From assembly GCF_009914755.1 (NCBI RefSeq), contig NC_060933.1: a stretch of 64,000 nucleotides of DNA. One strand, 5' to 3'. Origin of the DNA: the human T2T-CHM13v2.0 reference genome, Homo sapiens. This document shows positions 1 to 14,127 of this stretch, in pieces. The notes below the pieces were generated by a model that had not been told where the DNA came from, did not search any database, and was given only the letters and a program-made list of their open reading frames with translations. The translations under genes were made by a program, and so were the position numbers. Each line of letters starts with the position of its first letter. The stretch's first letter is position 1.

Positions 1-206
<206 letters not shown>

Positions 207-422
207 TGAAAGCATGGGGCCAACATTGAATGGTCTTAAGGAAGTCAAGGTAGAAGGAAATTTAAAGAAGGAAATGAGAAGCAATGCAGAATGTTTAGAA
301 AGTCAATTAGGAAGCTCCCATAAATATTCTCACTATGTATTATAGGGAATTCATTTATAACTTCAAAAATACCACTCAAAAAAGATGGTAATTGTTGAAA
401 TGAGATTTCAATGGGTGAAAGA

Positions 423-796
<374 letters not shown>

Positions 797-891
797 TTAT
801 GATTTTGGCTATAACTTGCTATGAATGGAAACAGCAACACACCACTGGATTTCAACTTTTGAGTGCTTAAGAAGGTGGAGATGGTGATTAA

Positions 892-912
892 AATAATAAT
901 AATAATAATAAT
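892..912. repeat. (AAT)7 microsatellite
   Basis: Direct read: aataataataataataataat. Confidence 0.9.
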
Positions 913-944
913 GCTAAGTGTGTAATAGTTGCTAAGTGTGTGGT

Positions 945-1140
945 GTCTGAACCCAGGATATCAGGATGTCTGGAACTGGGATTGAATCCCAGCTCTTCCA
1001 CTTTCTGGTTATGTGAGTGACTGTAGGCAAATTACTTAATCTTTTAATGCTCCAGTTTCCCATATGTAAAATGAGAATTATAATAGTAAACTACTTCATG
1101 GCTTGTGAGGATGAAGTGCATGTAGAGTACTTAGTGAGTT
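945..1140 (+). mobile_element. MIR SINE, diverged
   Basis: Matches the MIR core: 'ctgggattgaatcccagctcttccactt...ggcaaattacttaatc...cagtttcccatatgtaaaatgagaattataatagta...tgtgaggat...gcatgtagagtacttag'. Confidence 0.85.
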
Positions 1141-1162
1141 CTCTTTGTGTATTATGTATTAG

Positions 1163-1246
1163 TTTCAAAATGCAGATTCTAGAGCCCTTAGATTCTCATT
1201 CAATAGGTATGAGGCAAGCACGGGCCAGGATTCTGCATTCTTTAAG
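1163..1246. mobile_element. MER5-like (hAT-Charlie) DNA transposon fragment
   Basis: Inverted-repeat core 'aaaatgcagattc ... ggattctgcattc', typical of MER5A/B. Confidence 0.6.
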
Positions 1247-1250
1247 GAGG

Positions 1251-1721
1251 TGTAATTTCCTATATCTGCTGTGACAAAGTGGTTCACATCAGGTCGCTTA
1301 AAATGAGATAAAGTTATTCTTTTACGGTTCAGGAAGCTAGAAATCTTAAATGAAGAAGTTAGCAGTGCTGCATTTTTCTCTCAAGGACCTGGGAAAAAAT
1401 CCTTTCTTGCTTCTTCTAGCACCGGGTGATCACTGAGCTTCATTGTCATTGCTTGGCTGGAGGATACCTCACTTTATTCTCTACCTCCATCCTCACATGG
1501 CCATCTCCTCCCTGCGTCTCTGTTTCCTCTTCCCTTCTTAGGAGGATATCAACCATATTGAATTATGGCCCACTCTAATGCATTATGAGCTCATCTAGCA
1601 TATCATAATTATACAGCATCTGCAAATAATTTGATTTTAAATTAAGTCATACTCACAGACATCAGGGGCTAGAACTCTAATATATATATTTTCTTTTTGA
1701 AGACACAATCTAACCCACAAA
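1251..1721 (-). mobile_element. MaLR solo LTR, MLT1C-like
   Basis: Colinear with my recollection of the reverse MLT1B/C consensus: 'tgtaatttcctatatctgctgtgacaaa...gcttaaaa...ttattct...ttcttgcttcttctagc...ctcacatggcc...ggcccactctaat...catctgcaaa...taagtcatactcacag...gacacaatctaacccacaa'; ~470 bp. Confidence 0.85.
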
Positions 1722-3257
1722 AGGAGGGGAGCCGCTTAAGATCATAAATAACTCAAGTAACAAGACTGTGTGTTTAAAATAGCATTTAAATTTCTCCAAA
1801 TGGCAGACAGCTTAATTCAGATCAATACCAATCAGGAGATAAACAAGTGTTTGTCTCCTAATTGGCATTTACCTGAGATTAAAACATTATGGTAAAATAC
1901 ATTATCTTCGGTGATCTTTGGTTTAGGTGAGCATTCACAAGGCACACAGTTATTATCACTTGAGCCATCTCTCTCTAATAACTATTTTCTAATCTGCTGG
2001 CCAACAATATCAGGTTCTTTCAAATCTCTGATTATCGGACCAAACCATAAGGCCCTCCACGTGATTTGGTAGAAATATTTTTTACAAAGCTAAATGAAAT
2101 TTTATTTACTTGATGGATTTCTCTTCTCCTTTGTACAAAGGGGTGACCCTTTGACAGCACAGGGAAAGAACACGATAGAAATAGACTTTCAGAAGGAAGG
2201 GCCTTCCATAACAAGGAATGCCATCTGTAATCCAGACTTTTTTCTCCTCAGGAATCCAGTCATAGGCAAATCTCTATGAATCACAGATAAATAGAAAGAA
2301 GGGTGGGAGTGTGTCAGGAGTAGGATGCTGAAAATGTGAGTAGCCTGTTCATTAATTGGTCCCTTGGAAACTGAGAAGGCAACGTGGCATACATGCAATT
2401 TCCATGGAATGATGGAAGACTGGTTGTAGTTACTATGATCCTATAATGCTCAGATCACAATGGGGTCACCCTTATTCATGACTGAGCATTCCTTCTTATT
2501 AGTATCCCAATGTGAAATTGTTTCTCAAAAAAGGAGGGGTCAGGTAATTTTTGTACAAAAGTCTTTTACTCCAAAATAAAGTGGCTTGTACTGTATTTCT
2601 CCTCTGGAGCCTTGCCGCTGGCTCCATAGGAAAATTCTGCCTCTCATAGATACCTGAGGCATTGGATTCCCTAAACAAAATTGTACATCCACTTGTACTG
2701 CAGGCCTCTGTAGTCCAAAACGTTTCTCTTTCTCTGAGTCCCACTCACAGCTGACATCCTTCTTGACATTTGCATTTTATTTAGAATACACATCCAAATA
2801 TGTTTTATGTTGCCTCTAACATTCAAAAGAGCCTCTAACAGTCTTCCTTTCCCTATCCCTTCCTTCCATTTGAAGGGTGTTTGCTCCACATCACTTTCTA
2901 CTGCATTCTTAGACTCCCTGAAGGTAGGAAACCCACACTTTTGTCATTTGCTCGATGTGTCTTTCCTGAAGTCTATGGTAGCTGCTATTTTTCTCTAGAG
3001 CATATCAACCGGATGCTGTCCATGTATTCCATAAGTTATGTCCATTTGGCTAGTGACATGGCCAGGGTTCCTGAGTACAAAATTGTGACACAGACAAAAA
3101 TAGTTATACTTCTACAGCTAAATAGTGAAGACACTCTGCCTGGAAAAAGTAAGAAATTTCAGGTATTTACCATTTATTTAAGATACAGAAAAATAATTTG
3201 CCTAAATGTATAGCAGGAAAAGGAGATAAGTGTATTCACTAAAGCAAGGAGACTACA

Positions 3258-3366
3258 TCTGGATTTTAAATGTGTGCCCTCAGATAGGATTCCAGTACAC
3301 AGTGGCTGGATTCTGAGTGTTTGTCCCTCACACAGGATTACAGAACACTGCTATGAGGTTCTGAAT
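3258..3366. repeat. 48-bp CER/D22Z3-type satellite remnant (~2.3 units)
   Basis: 'ccctcagataggattccagtacac' and 'gtttgtccctcacacaggattacagaacactgct' recur at a 48-bp spacing (ccctca at 3277 and 3325); matches the CER motif 'tgaatgtttgtccctcacataggattccagaacactgct'. Confidence 0.8.
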
Positions 3367-6300
3367 GGAAAAGGAAATATCTTCACATAAAGACAAGAAA
3401 GAAGCATTCTGAGAAACTTCTTTGTGATGTGTGCATTCACCTCACAGAGTTGAACTTTTCTTTTGATTTAGCACTTTTGAAATACTCTTTTTGTAGTGTT
3501 TGCAAGTGGATATTTGGAGCGCTTTACATTCTATGGTGGAAAAGTAAATATCTTCACATCAAAACCAGACAGAAGCATTCTGAGAAACTCCTCTGTGATC
3601 TGTGCATTCATCTCACAGAGTTGAATGTTTCTCTTGATTGAGCAGTTTTGAAACACTGTTTTTGTAGAATCTGCAAGTGGATATTTTGAGTGCTTTGGGG
3701 CCTATGGTGGAAAAGGAAATATCTTCACATAAAAACTAGACAGAAGCATTCTGAGAAACTTCTTTGTGATGTGTGCATTCAACTCACAGAGTTGAAATAT
3801 TCTTTTGATTGAGCAGTTTTGAAACACTCTTTTTGTAGTATCTGCAAAGTTGGAGGGCTTTGGGACCTCTAGAGGAAAGGGAAATATCTTCCCTTAAAAA
3901 CTAGACAGAAGCATTCTGAGAAACCTCTTTGTGATGTGTGCATTCATCTCACAGAGCTGAACATTTCTTTTGATTGAGCAGCTTTGAAACACTCTTTTTG
4001 TAGAATCTGCAAGTGGACATTGGGAGCGATTTGAGGCCTATAGAGGAGAAGGAAACATCTTCACATAAAAACTACACAAATGCCTTCTGAGAAACTTCTT
4101 TGTGATGTGTGCATTCATCTCACAGAATTGAACCTTTCTTTTGATCGAACAGTTCTGAAACACTTCTTTTGAAGGATCTGCATGTGGATATTTGGATCAG
4201 TTTGGGGCCTGTGGTGGAAAAGGAAATATCTTCAAATAAAAACTACACAGAAGCATTCTGAGAAAGTTCTTTGTGATGTGTGCATTCAACTCACATAGTT
4301 GAAGATTTCTTTTGATTGAGCAGTTTTGAAACAATCTTTTTGTAGTATTTGCAAGTGGATATTTGGAGCAGTTTGAGGCCTATTGTACAAAAGGAAATAT
4401 CTTCACATAAATACTAGACAGAAGCATTCTGAGAAACTTCTCTGTGATGTGTGCATTCATCTCACAGAGTTGAAACTTTGTTTTGATTGAGCAGTTTTGA
4501 AACACTCTTTTTGTAGAAACTGCAAGTGGATACTTGGAGTGCTTTGAGCTCAATGGTGGAAATGGAAGTATCTTCAATTAAAAACTAGACAGAAGCATTC
4601 TGAGAGACTTCTTTGTGATGTGTGCATTCAACTCACAGAGTTTAAACTTTCTTTTGATTGAGGAGTTTGGAAAATCTCTTTTTGTAGAATCTGCAAGTGG
4701 ATATTTCGAGCGCTTTGTGGCCTATAGTGGAAACGGAAATATCTTCACATAAAAACTAGACAGAAGCCTTCTGAGAAACTCCTTTGTGATGTGTGCATTC
4801 ATGTCTCAGAGATGAACCTTTCTTTTGATTGAGCAGTTTTGAAACACTTTTTGTAGAATCTGCAAGTGGATATTTGGAGCGCTTTGTGGCCAATGGTGGT
4901 AAAAGGAAACATCTTCACATAAAAACTGGATGGAAGCATTCTGAGAAACTTCTTTGTGATTTATGCATTCAGCTCACAGAGTTGAACCTTTCTTTTGATT
5001 GAGCCGTTTGAAACACTCTTTCTGTATGATCTGCAAGTGGATAATTGGAGCGCTTTAAAGTCTACGGTGGAGAAGGAAATATCTTCACATAAAAACTACA
5101 CAGAAGCATTCTGAGAAACTTCTTTGTGATTTGTGCATTCAACACACAGAGTTGAACCTTTCTGTTGATTGAGCAGTTTGAAACACTCTTTTTGTAAAAT
5201 CTGCAAGTGGATATTTGGAAAGCCTTAAGGTCTATGGTGGAGAAGGAAATATCTTCACATAAAAACTGGACAGAAGCATTCTGAGAAACTATTTTGTGAT
5301 GTGTGCATTCATCTCACAGAATTGAAACTTTCTTTTGATTGAGCAGATTTGAAGCACACTTTTTGTGGAATGAGCAAGTGGATATTTTGAGGGCTTCAAG
5401 ACCTATGGTGGAAACTGAAATATCTTCACCTAAAAACAACACAGAAGCAGTCTGTGTAACTTCATTCTGATGTGTGCATTCATCTCACAAAGTTGAATAT
5501 TTCTTTGGATTCAGCAGTTTTGAAAAACACTTTTTGTAGTATCTGCAAGTGGATATTTGGAGCGCTTTGGGGCCTATGGTGGAAAGGGAAATATCTTCAC
5601 CTAAAAACTACACAGAAGAATTCTGAGAAACTTCTTTGTGATGTGTGCATTCATCTCACAGAGTTGAACCTTTCTTTTCATTGAGCAGTTTTGAAACACT
5701 CTTTTTGTAGAATCTGCAAGTGGACATTTAGTGCGTTTTGTGGCCCAAGGTGGAAAAGGAAATATCTTCACATAAAAACTAGACGGAATCATTCCAACAA
5801 ACTTCTTTGTGATGTGTGCATTCATCTCACAGAGTTCAAACATACTTTTGATTGAGCAGTTTGGAAACACTCTTTTTGTAGAATCTGCAAGTGGATATTT
5901 TTAACGCTTGGCAGCCTATGGTGGAAAAGGAAATATCTTCACATAAAAACTAGACAGAGGCATTTTGAGAAGCTCCTTTGTGATGTGTGCATTCATCTCA
6001 CAGTGTTGAACATTTCTTTTGATTTAGCTGCTTTCAAATATTCTTTTTGCAGAATCTGCAAGTGGATATTTGAAGCGCTTTGAGGCCTATGGTGGAAAAG
6101 GGTCTGCAAGTGGACATTTGGAGAGCTTTGAGGCCTAAGGCGGAAAACAAATATTTTCATATTATAATTAGACAGAAGTATTCTGAGAAAGTTCTTTGTG
6201 ATATGTGCATTCATCTCACAGAGTTGAAACTTTCTTTTGATTGAGCAGTTTTGACACACTCTTTTTGTAGAATCTCCAAGTGGACATTTGGAGCGCTTTG

Positions 6301-9300
6301 CGGACTATGGTGGAAATGGAAATTTCTTCACATAAAAACTGTTCAGAAACATTCTGAGAAACTTATTTGTGATGTGTCCATTCGTCTGACAGAGTTGAAT
6401 CTTTCTTTTGATTGAGCAACTTGGAAACTCTCTTTTTGTAGAATCTGCTAGTGGACAATTGGAGTGCTTTGAGGCCTATGGGGGAAAACAAACTATCTTC
6501 ACTTAAGTACTAGACAGAATAATTCTGAGAAACTTCTTTGTGATGGGTGCATTCATTTCACAGAGTTGAACCATTCTTTTTTTTTGAGCAGCTTTGAAAA
6601 ACTCTTCTTGTAGACTCTGCAAGTGGACATTTGGAGCTCTTTGCAGCCTATGGTGGAAAAGGAAATGACCTCACATAAAAACTAGAAAGAAGCATTCTGA
6701 CAAACTCCTTTGTGATGTGTGAATTCATTTCACAGAATTGTACCATTCTTTTGATTGAGCAGTTTTGACACAATCGTTTTGTAGAATCTCTAATTGGACA
6801 TTTGGAGCGCTTTGCAGCCTGTGGTGGAAAACGAAATATCTTCTCATAAAAACTAGAAAGAAGAATTCTGAGAAACTTCTTCGTGATGTATGCATTCATC
6901 TCACAGAGTTGAACATAACTTTCAATTGAGCAGTTTTGAAACCCTCTTTTTATAGGAGCAGCAAGTGGACATTTGGAGGTCTTTGAGGCCTATGGTGGAA
7001 AAAAGTATCTTCTCATTATAACTAGACAAAAGCATTCTGAGAAACTTCTTTGTGATGTGTGCATTCATCACACAGAGTTGAACCTCTCCTTAGATTGAGC
7101 AGCTTTGAAACACTCTTTTTGTAGAATCTGCAAGTGGACATTTGGAGCGTTTTGAGGCCTACGGTGGAAAAGGAATTATCTTCACATAAAAACCATACAG
7201 AAACATTCTCACAAGCTTCTTTGTGTTGTGTGCATTCAACTCACAGAGTTGAACCTTTCTTTTGACTGAGCAGTTTTGAAACACTCTTTTTGTAGAATCC
7301 GCAAGTGGACATTTCATGTACTTTGAGGCATATGGTGGAGAAGGAAATATCTTCACTTAACAACTAGGCGGAAGCATTCTGAGAAACTTCTTTGTGTTGT
7401 GTGCATTTATCTTACAGAGTTCAACCATACTTTTGATTGAGCAGCTTTGAAAAACTCTTTTTTAGACTCTGCAAGTGAACATTTTGAGCTCTTTGTGTAC
7501 TACGGTGGAAAAGGAAATAACTTCACATAAAAACTAGACAGAAGCATTCTGTGAAACTTCTTTGTGATGTGTGCATTCATCTCACAGAGTTGAACATTTC
7601 TTTTCATTGAGCAGTTTTGAAACACTGTTTTTGTAGAATCTGCAATGGACATTTGGAGGGCTTTGAAGCCTATGGTGGAAAAGGAAGTAACTTCCCATAA
7701 AAACTAGACAGAATCTTTCTTAGAAAATTCTTTCTGATGTGTGCATTCATCTCACATAGTTGAACATTTCTTTTGATTAAGCAGCTTTGAAACACTCTTT
7801 TTGTAGAATCTGTAAGTGGACATTTGGAGTACTTTGAGGGTGATGGTCAATAATGAAATATCTTCACTTAATAACTAGACAGAAGCATTCTGTGAAACTA
7901 CTTTGTGATGTGTGCATTCATCTCATAGAGTTGAACATTTCTTTCGATTGAGCAGCTTTGAAACACTCTTTTTGTAGAATCTGCAAGTGGATATTTGGAG
8001 CGCTTTGAGACCTATGGTGGAAAAGGAAATATCTTCACATAAAAACTATACAGAAACATTCTGACAAATTTCTTTGTGATTGGTGTATTCATGTCACAGA
8101 ATTGAACCTTCCTTTTAATTGAGCAGTTTTGAAACACTCTTTTTGTAGGATCGGCAAGTGGATATTTGGAGAGCTTTGAGGCCTATGGTGGAAAAGGAAA
8201 TATCTTTACATAAAAACTAGACAGAAGCATTCTGAGAAACTTGTTTGTGATCTGTGCATTCGTCTCACAGAGTTGAACCTTTCTTTTGATTCAGAAGTTT
8301 GGAAACAGTCTTTTGTAGATTCTGCAAGTGAACATTTGGAGTTCTTTGAGGTCTATGGTCGAAAAGGAAATATCTTCACACAAAAAGAAGACAGAAGCAT
8401 TCTGTCAAACTACTTTGTGATATGTGCATTCATATCACGGAGTTGAACCTTACTTTTGATTGAGCATTTTTGAAACACCCTTTTTGTACTATCTGCAAGT
8501 GGACATTTGGAGTGCTCTGAGACCTATGGTGGAAAAGGAAATATCTTCACATAAAAACTAGACAGAAACATTCTGACAACTTTCTTTGTGATGTGTGCAT
8601 TCATCTCACAGAGCTGAACCTTTCTTTTGATTGAGCAGTTTGGAAACTCTCTTTTTGTTGATCTGTAAGTGGACATTTGGAGTGCTTTGAGGCCTGTGGT
8701 GAAAAGGAAATATCTTCAGATAAAAACTAGACAGAAGCTTTCTGAGCAACTTCTTTGTGATATGTGCATTCATCTCACAGAGTTGAACATTTCTTTGTAT
8801 TGAGCAGGTTTGAATCACTCTTTTTGTAGAATCTGCAAGTGGACATTTGGAGAGCTTTGCGGCCTATGGTGGAAAAGGAAATATCTTTCCATAAAAACTA
8901 GATATAATCATCCTGAGAAAATTCTTTGTGATGTATGTATTCATCACATAGAGTTGAACCTTTGTTTTCATTGAGCAGTTTTGAAACACTCTTTTTGTAG
9001 AATCTGCAAGTGGACATTTGGAGCGCTTTGAGGCCTATGGTGGAAAAGGAAACATCTTCACATAAGCACTAGACAGAAGCATTCTGAGAAACATCTTTGT
9101 GATGTGTGCATTCATCTCACAGAGTTGAACATTTCTTTTGATTGAGCAGTTTGGAAACACTCTTTCTGTAGAATCTGTAAGGGGACATGCGGATCTCTTT
9201 GAGGCCTGAGGTGGAAAAGGATATATCTTCACAAAAAAAATAGGTGGAAGCATTCTGACAAACCTATTTGCGATATGTGCATTCATCTCACAGAGTTGAA

Positions 9301-12300
9301 CCTTACTTTTGATTAAGCAGTTCTGAAAAACCCTTTTGGTACTATCTGCAAATGGACATTTTGTGTGGTTTGAGGCCTACAGTGGAAAAGGAAATGTGTT
9401 CACATAAAAATTAGATAGAAGCATTCTGACAAATTACTTTGTGATGTATGCATTCATCTCACAGAGTTGATCATTTCTTTTGAGTGAATAGTTTGGAAGC
9501 TCTCCTTTTGTAGCATCTGCAAGTGGACACTTTGAGCGCTTTGAGGCCTATGGTGGAAAAGGAAATATCTTCACATAAATATTAGACAGAAGCATTCTGA
9601 CAAATTCTTTGTGATGTGTGCATTCATCTCAGAGAGTTGAACCTTTCCTTCGATTGTGTAGTTTTCAAACACTCTTTCTGTAACATCTGCAAGTGGACAT
9701 TTGGAGTGAGTTGAGGCCTAAGGTGAAAAATGAAATATCTTCACATAATAACTAGACAGAAGCATTCTGAGAAAGTTGTTTGTGATGTATGCATTAATCT
9801 CACAGAGTTGAACATTTCTTTTGATTGAGCAGCTTTGAAACACTCTTTTTGTAGAATCTGCAAGTGGACATTTGGAACACTTTGAGGCCTATGGTGGAAA
9901 AGGAAATATCTTCATAGAGAAGCTAGACAGAAATATTCTGAGAAATTTCTTTGTGATGTGGGCATTCATCTCACAGAGTTGAACTTTCTTTTGATTGAGC
10001 AGTTTTGAAACACTCTTTTTGTAGAATCTGCAAGTGGATATTTGGAGCGCTTTGCGGCATATGGTGGAAAAGGAAGTATCTTCACTTAAAATACTAGACA
10101 GAAGAATTCTGACAAACTTCTTTGTGATGTGTGCATTCATCTCAGGGAATTGAACCTTACTTTTGATTGAGAAGTTTTGAAGCCCACTTTTTGTAGAATC
10201 TGCAAGTTGATATTTGGAGTACTTTTAGGCCTATGGTGGAAAAGGAAATATCCTCACATAAGAACTAGACAGAAGCATCCTGAGAAACTTCTTTGTGATG
10301 TTTTCATTCAACCCACAGAGTTGAATCTTACTTTTGGTTGAGCAGTTTGGAAACACTCTTTTTGTAGAATCTGCAAGTGGACATTTTGTTCGCTTTGAGG
10401 CCTATGGTGGAAAAGGAAATATCTTCACTTAAGATCTAGACAGAAGCATTCTGAGAAACTTCTTCATGATGTGTGCAGTCATCTCACAGAGTTGAACATT
10501 TCTTTTGATTGAGCACCTTTGAAACATTATTTTTGTAGGATCTGCATGTGGACCTTTGGAGCGCCTTGAGGCCTATGGTAGAAAAGGAAATATTTTCACA
10601 TAAAAACTATACAGAAGCATGCTGACAAACTTCTTTGTGTTGTTTGCATTCATCTCACAGAATTGAACGTTTCTTTCCATTGAGCAGTTTTGAAACACTG
10701 TTTTTGTACAATCTGCAAGTGGACTTTTGGAGCGCTTTGAGGCCTATGGTGGAAAAGGAAATATCTTCACTTAAGAACTAGACAGAACATTCTGAGAAAC
10801 TTCTTTGTGATGTGTGCATTCATCTCACAGAGTTGAACCTTTCTTTTCAATGAGCAGTTTTGAAACACTCTTTTTGTAGAATCTACAAGCGGACACTTGG
10901 TGTGCTTTGAGGTCTATGGTGGAAAAGGAAATATCTTCTCATAAAACATGGACAGAAACATTCTGAGAAACTTCTTCATGACGTGTATATTCATCTCAAA
11001 GATTTGAACCTTTCTTTTGATTGAACAGTTTGGAAACACTCTTTTTGCAGTATCTGCAAGTGGACATTTGGAGGGCTCTGAGGCCTCTGGTGGAAAAGGA
11101 AATATCTTCACTTAAGAACTGCAAAGAATCATTATGAGAAAATACTTTGTGATGTGTGCATTCATCTGACAGAGTTGAACCTTACTGTTGATTGAGCAGG
11201 TTTGAAACATCCTTTTTGTACTATCTACAAGTGGACATTTGGAGTACATTGATGCCTATGGTATAAAAGTATATATCTTTACATAAAAACTAGACAGAAG
11301 GATTCTTAGAAATGTCTTTGTTATATGTGCATTCATCTCACAGAGTTGAAACTTTCTTTTGATTGACTAGTTTGGAAAATCTTTTTGAAGGATCTGCAAG
11401 TGGACATTTGGATCACTTTGAGGCCTATGGTGGAAAAGGAAATATCTTCACATAAGAAGTAGACAGAAACATTCTGAGAAACTTCTTTGTGATGTGTGCA
11501 TTCTTTTCACAGAGTTGAACCTTTCTTTTGATTGAGCAGCTTTGAAATGCTTTTTTTGTAGAATCTGCAAGTGGACATTTGGAGCGCTTTGAGGAGTGTA
11601 ATGGAAAACGAAATATCTTCATGTAACAACTATGCAGAAGTATTGTGAGAGACTTCTTTGTGATGAGTGCATTCATCTCACAGAGTTGAAACTTTCTTTT
11701 GATTTTCTAGTTTGGAAACACTCTTTTTGTAGAATCTGCAAGTGGACATTTGGAGCGCATTGAGGCCAATGGCAGAGAAGGAAATATCTTCACATAAAAA
11801 CTAGACAGAAGCATTCTGATAAACTTCTTTGTGATATGTGCATTCAACTCACAGGTTGAACCTTACTTTTAATTGAGCCGTTTTGAAACTCCCTTTTTGT
11901 ACTATCTGCAAGTGGACATTTGGAGTGCTTTGAGGCCTATGGTGGAAATGGAGATATCTTCAAATAAAAACTAGAGAGAAGCATTCTGACAAACTACTTT
12001 GTGATGTGTGCATTCATCTCACAGAGATGAACCTTTCTTTTGATTGAGCAGCTTTGAAACACTTTTTTTGTAGAATCTGCAAGTGGACATTTGGAGCGCT
12101 TTGAGGAGTGTGATGGAAAACCAAATATCTTCACGTAATAACTACACAGAACTATTCTGAGAAACTTCTTTGTGATGAGTGCATTCATCTCACAGAGTTG
12201 AAACTTTCTTTTGATTTTCTAGTTTGGAAACACTCTTTTTGTAGAATCTGCCAGTGGACATTTGGAGCGCTTTGTGGCCTATGGTAAAAAAGGAAATACC

Positions 12301-12916
12301 TTCACATAAAAACTAGACAGAAGCATTCTAACAAACTTCTTTGTGATATATGCATTCGTCTCACAGAGTTGAACTTTATTTTGATTGCGCTGTTTTGAAA
12401 CACCCTTTTTGAACTTTCTGCAAGTGGACATTTGGAGTGCTTTGAGGCCTGTGGTCGAAAAGGAAATATCTTCACATAAAAACTAGACCGAAGCATTCTG
12501 ACAAATTTCTTTGTGATGTGTGCATTCATTTCACAGAGTTGAAACTTTCTTTTGATTGGTTAGTTTGCAAAATCACTTCTTGTAGATTCTGCAAGTGGAC
12601 ATTTGGAGTGCTTTGAGGCCTATGATGGAAAAGGTAATATCTTCACTTAATAACTAGACAGAAGCATTCTGAGAAACTTCTTCGTGATGTGTGCATTCAC
12701 CTCACAGATTTGAAACTTTCTTTTGATTGAGCAGATTTGAAACAATCTTTTTGTCGAATCTGCAAGTGTACATTTGGAGCACTTTGTGGCCTCTGGTGGA
12801 AAAGGAACTATCTTCACATAAAAACTAGACAGAAGCATTCTGACAAACTTCTTTGTGATGTGTGCATTCTTCTCAGAGAATTGAACTTTACTTTTGATTG
12901 ACCAGTTTTGAAACAC
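3365..12916 (+). repeat. Alpha satellite, divergent monomeric A-type (pJ-alpha box), no CENP-B boxes seen
   Basis: ~171-bp tandem units 'cattctgagaaacttctttgtgatgtgtgcattcatctcacagagttgaac...gaggcctatggtggaaaaggaaatatcttcacataaaaactagacagaag'. Confidence 0.98.

Positions 12917-14127
<1,211 letters not shown>

Noticed and set aside
1017-3213. Short ORFs in the non-satellite flank
   Set aside because: All are 60-110 aa with no recognisable domain; one overlaps the MIR. Expected by chance.
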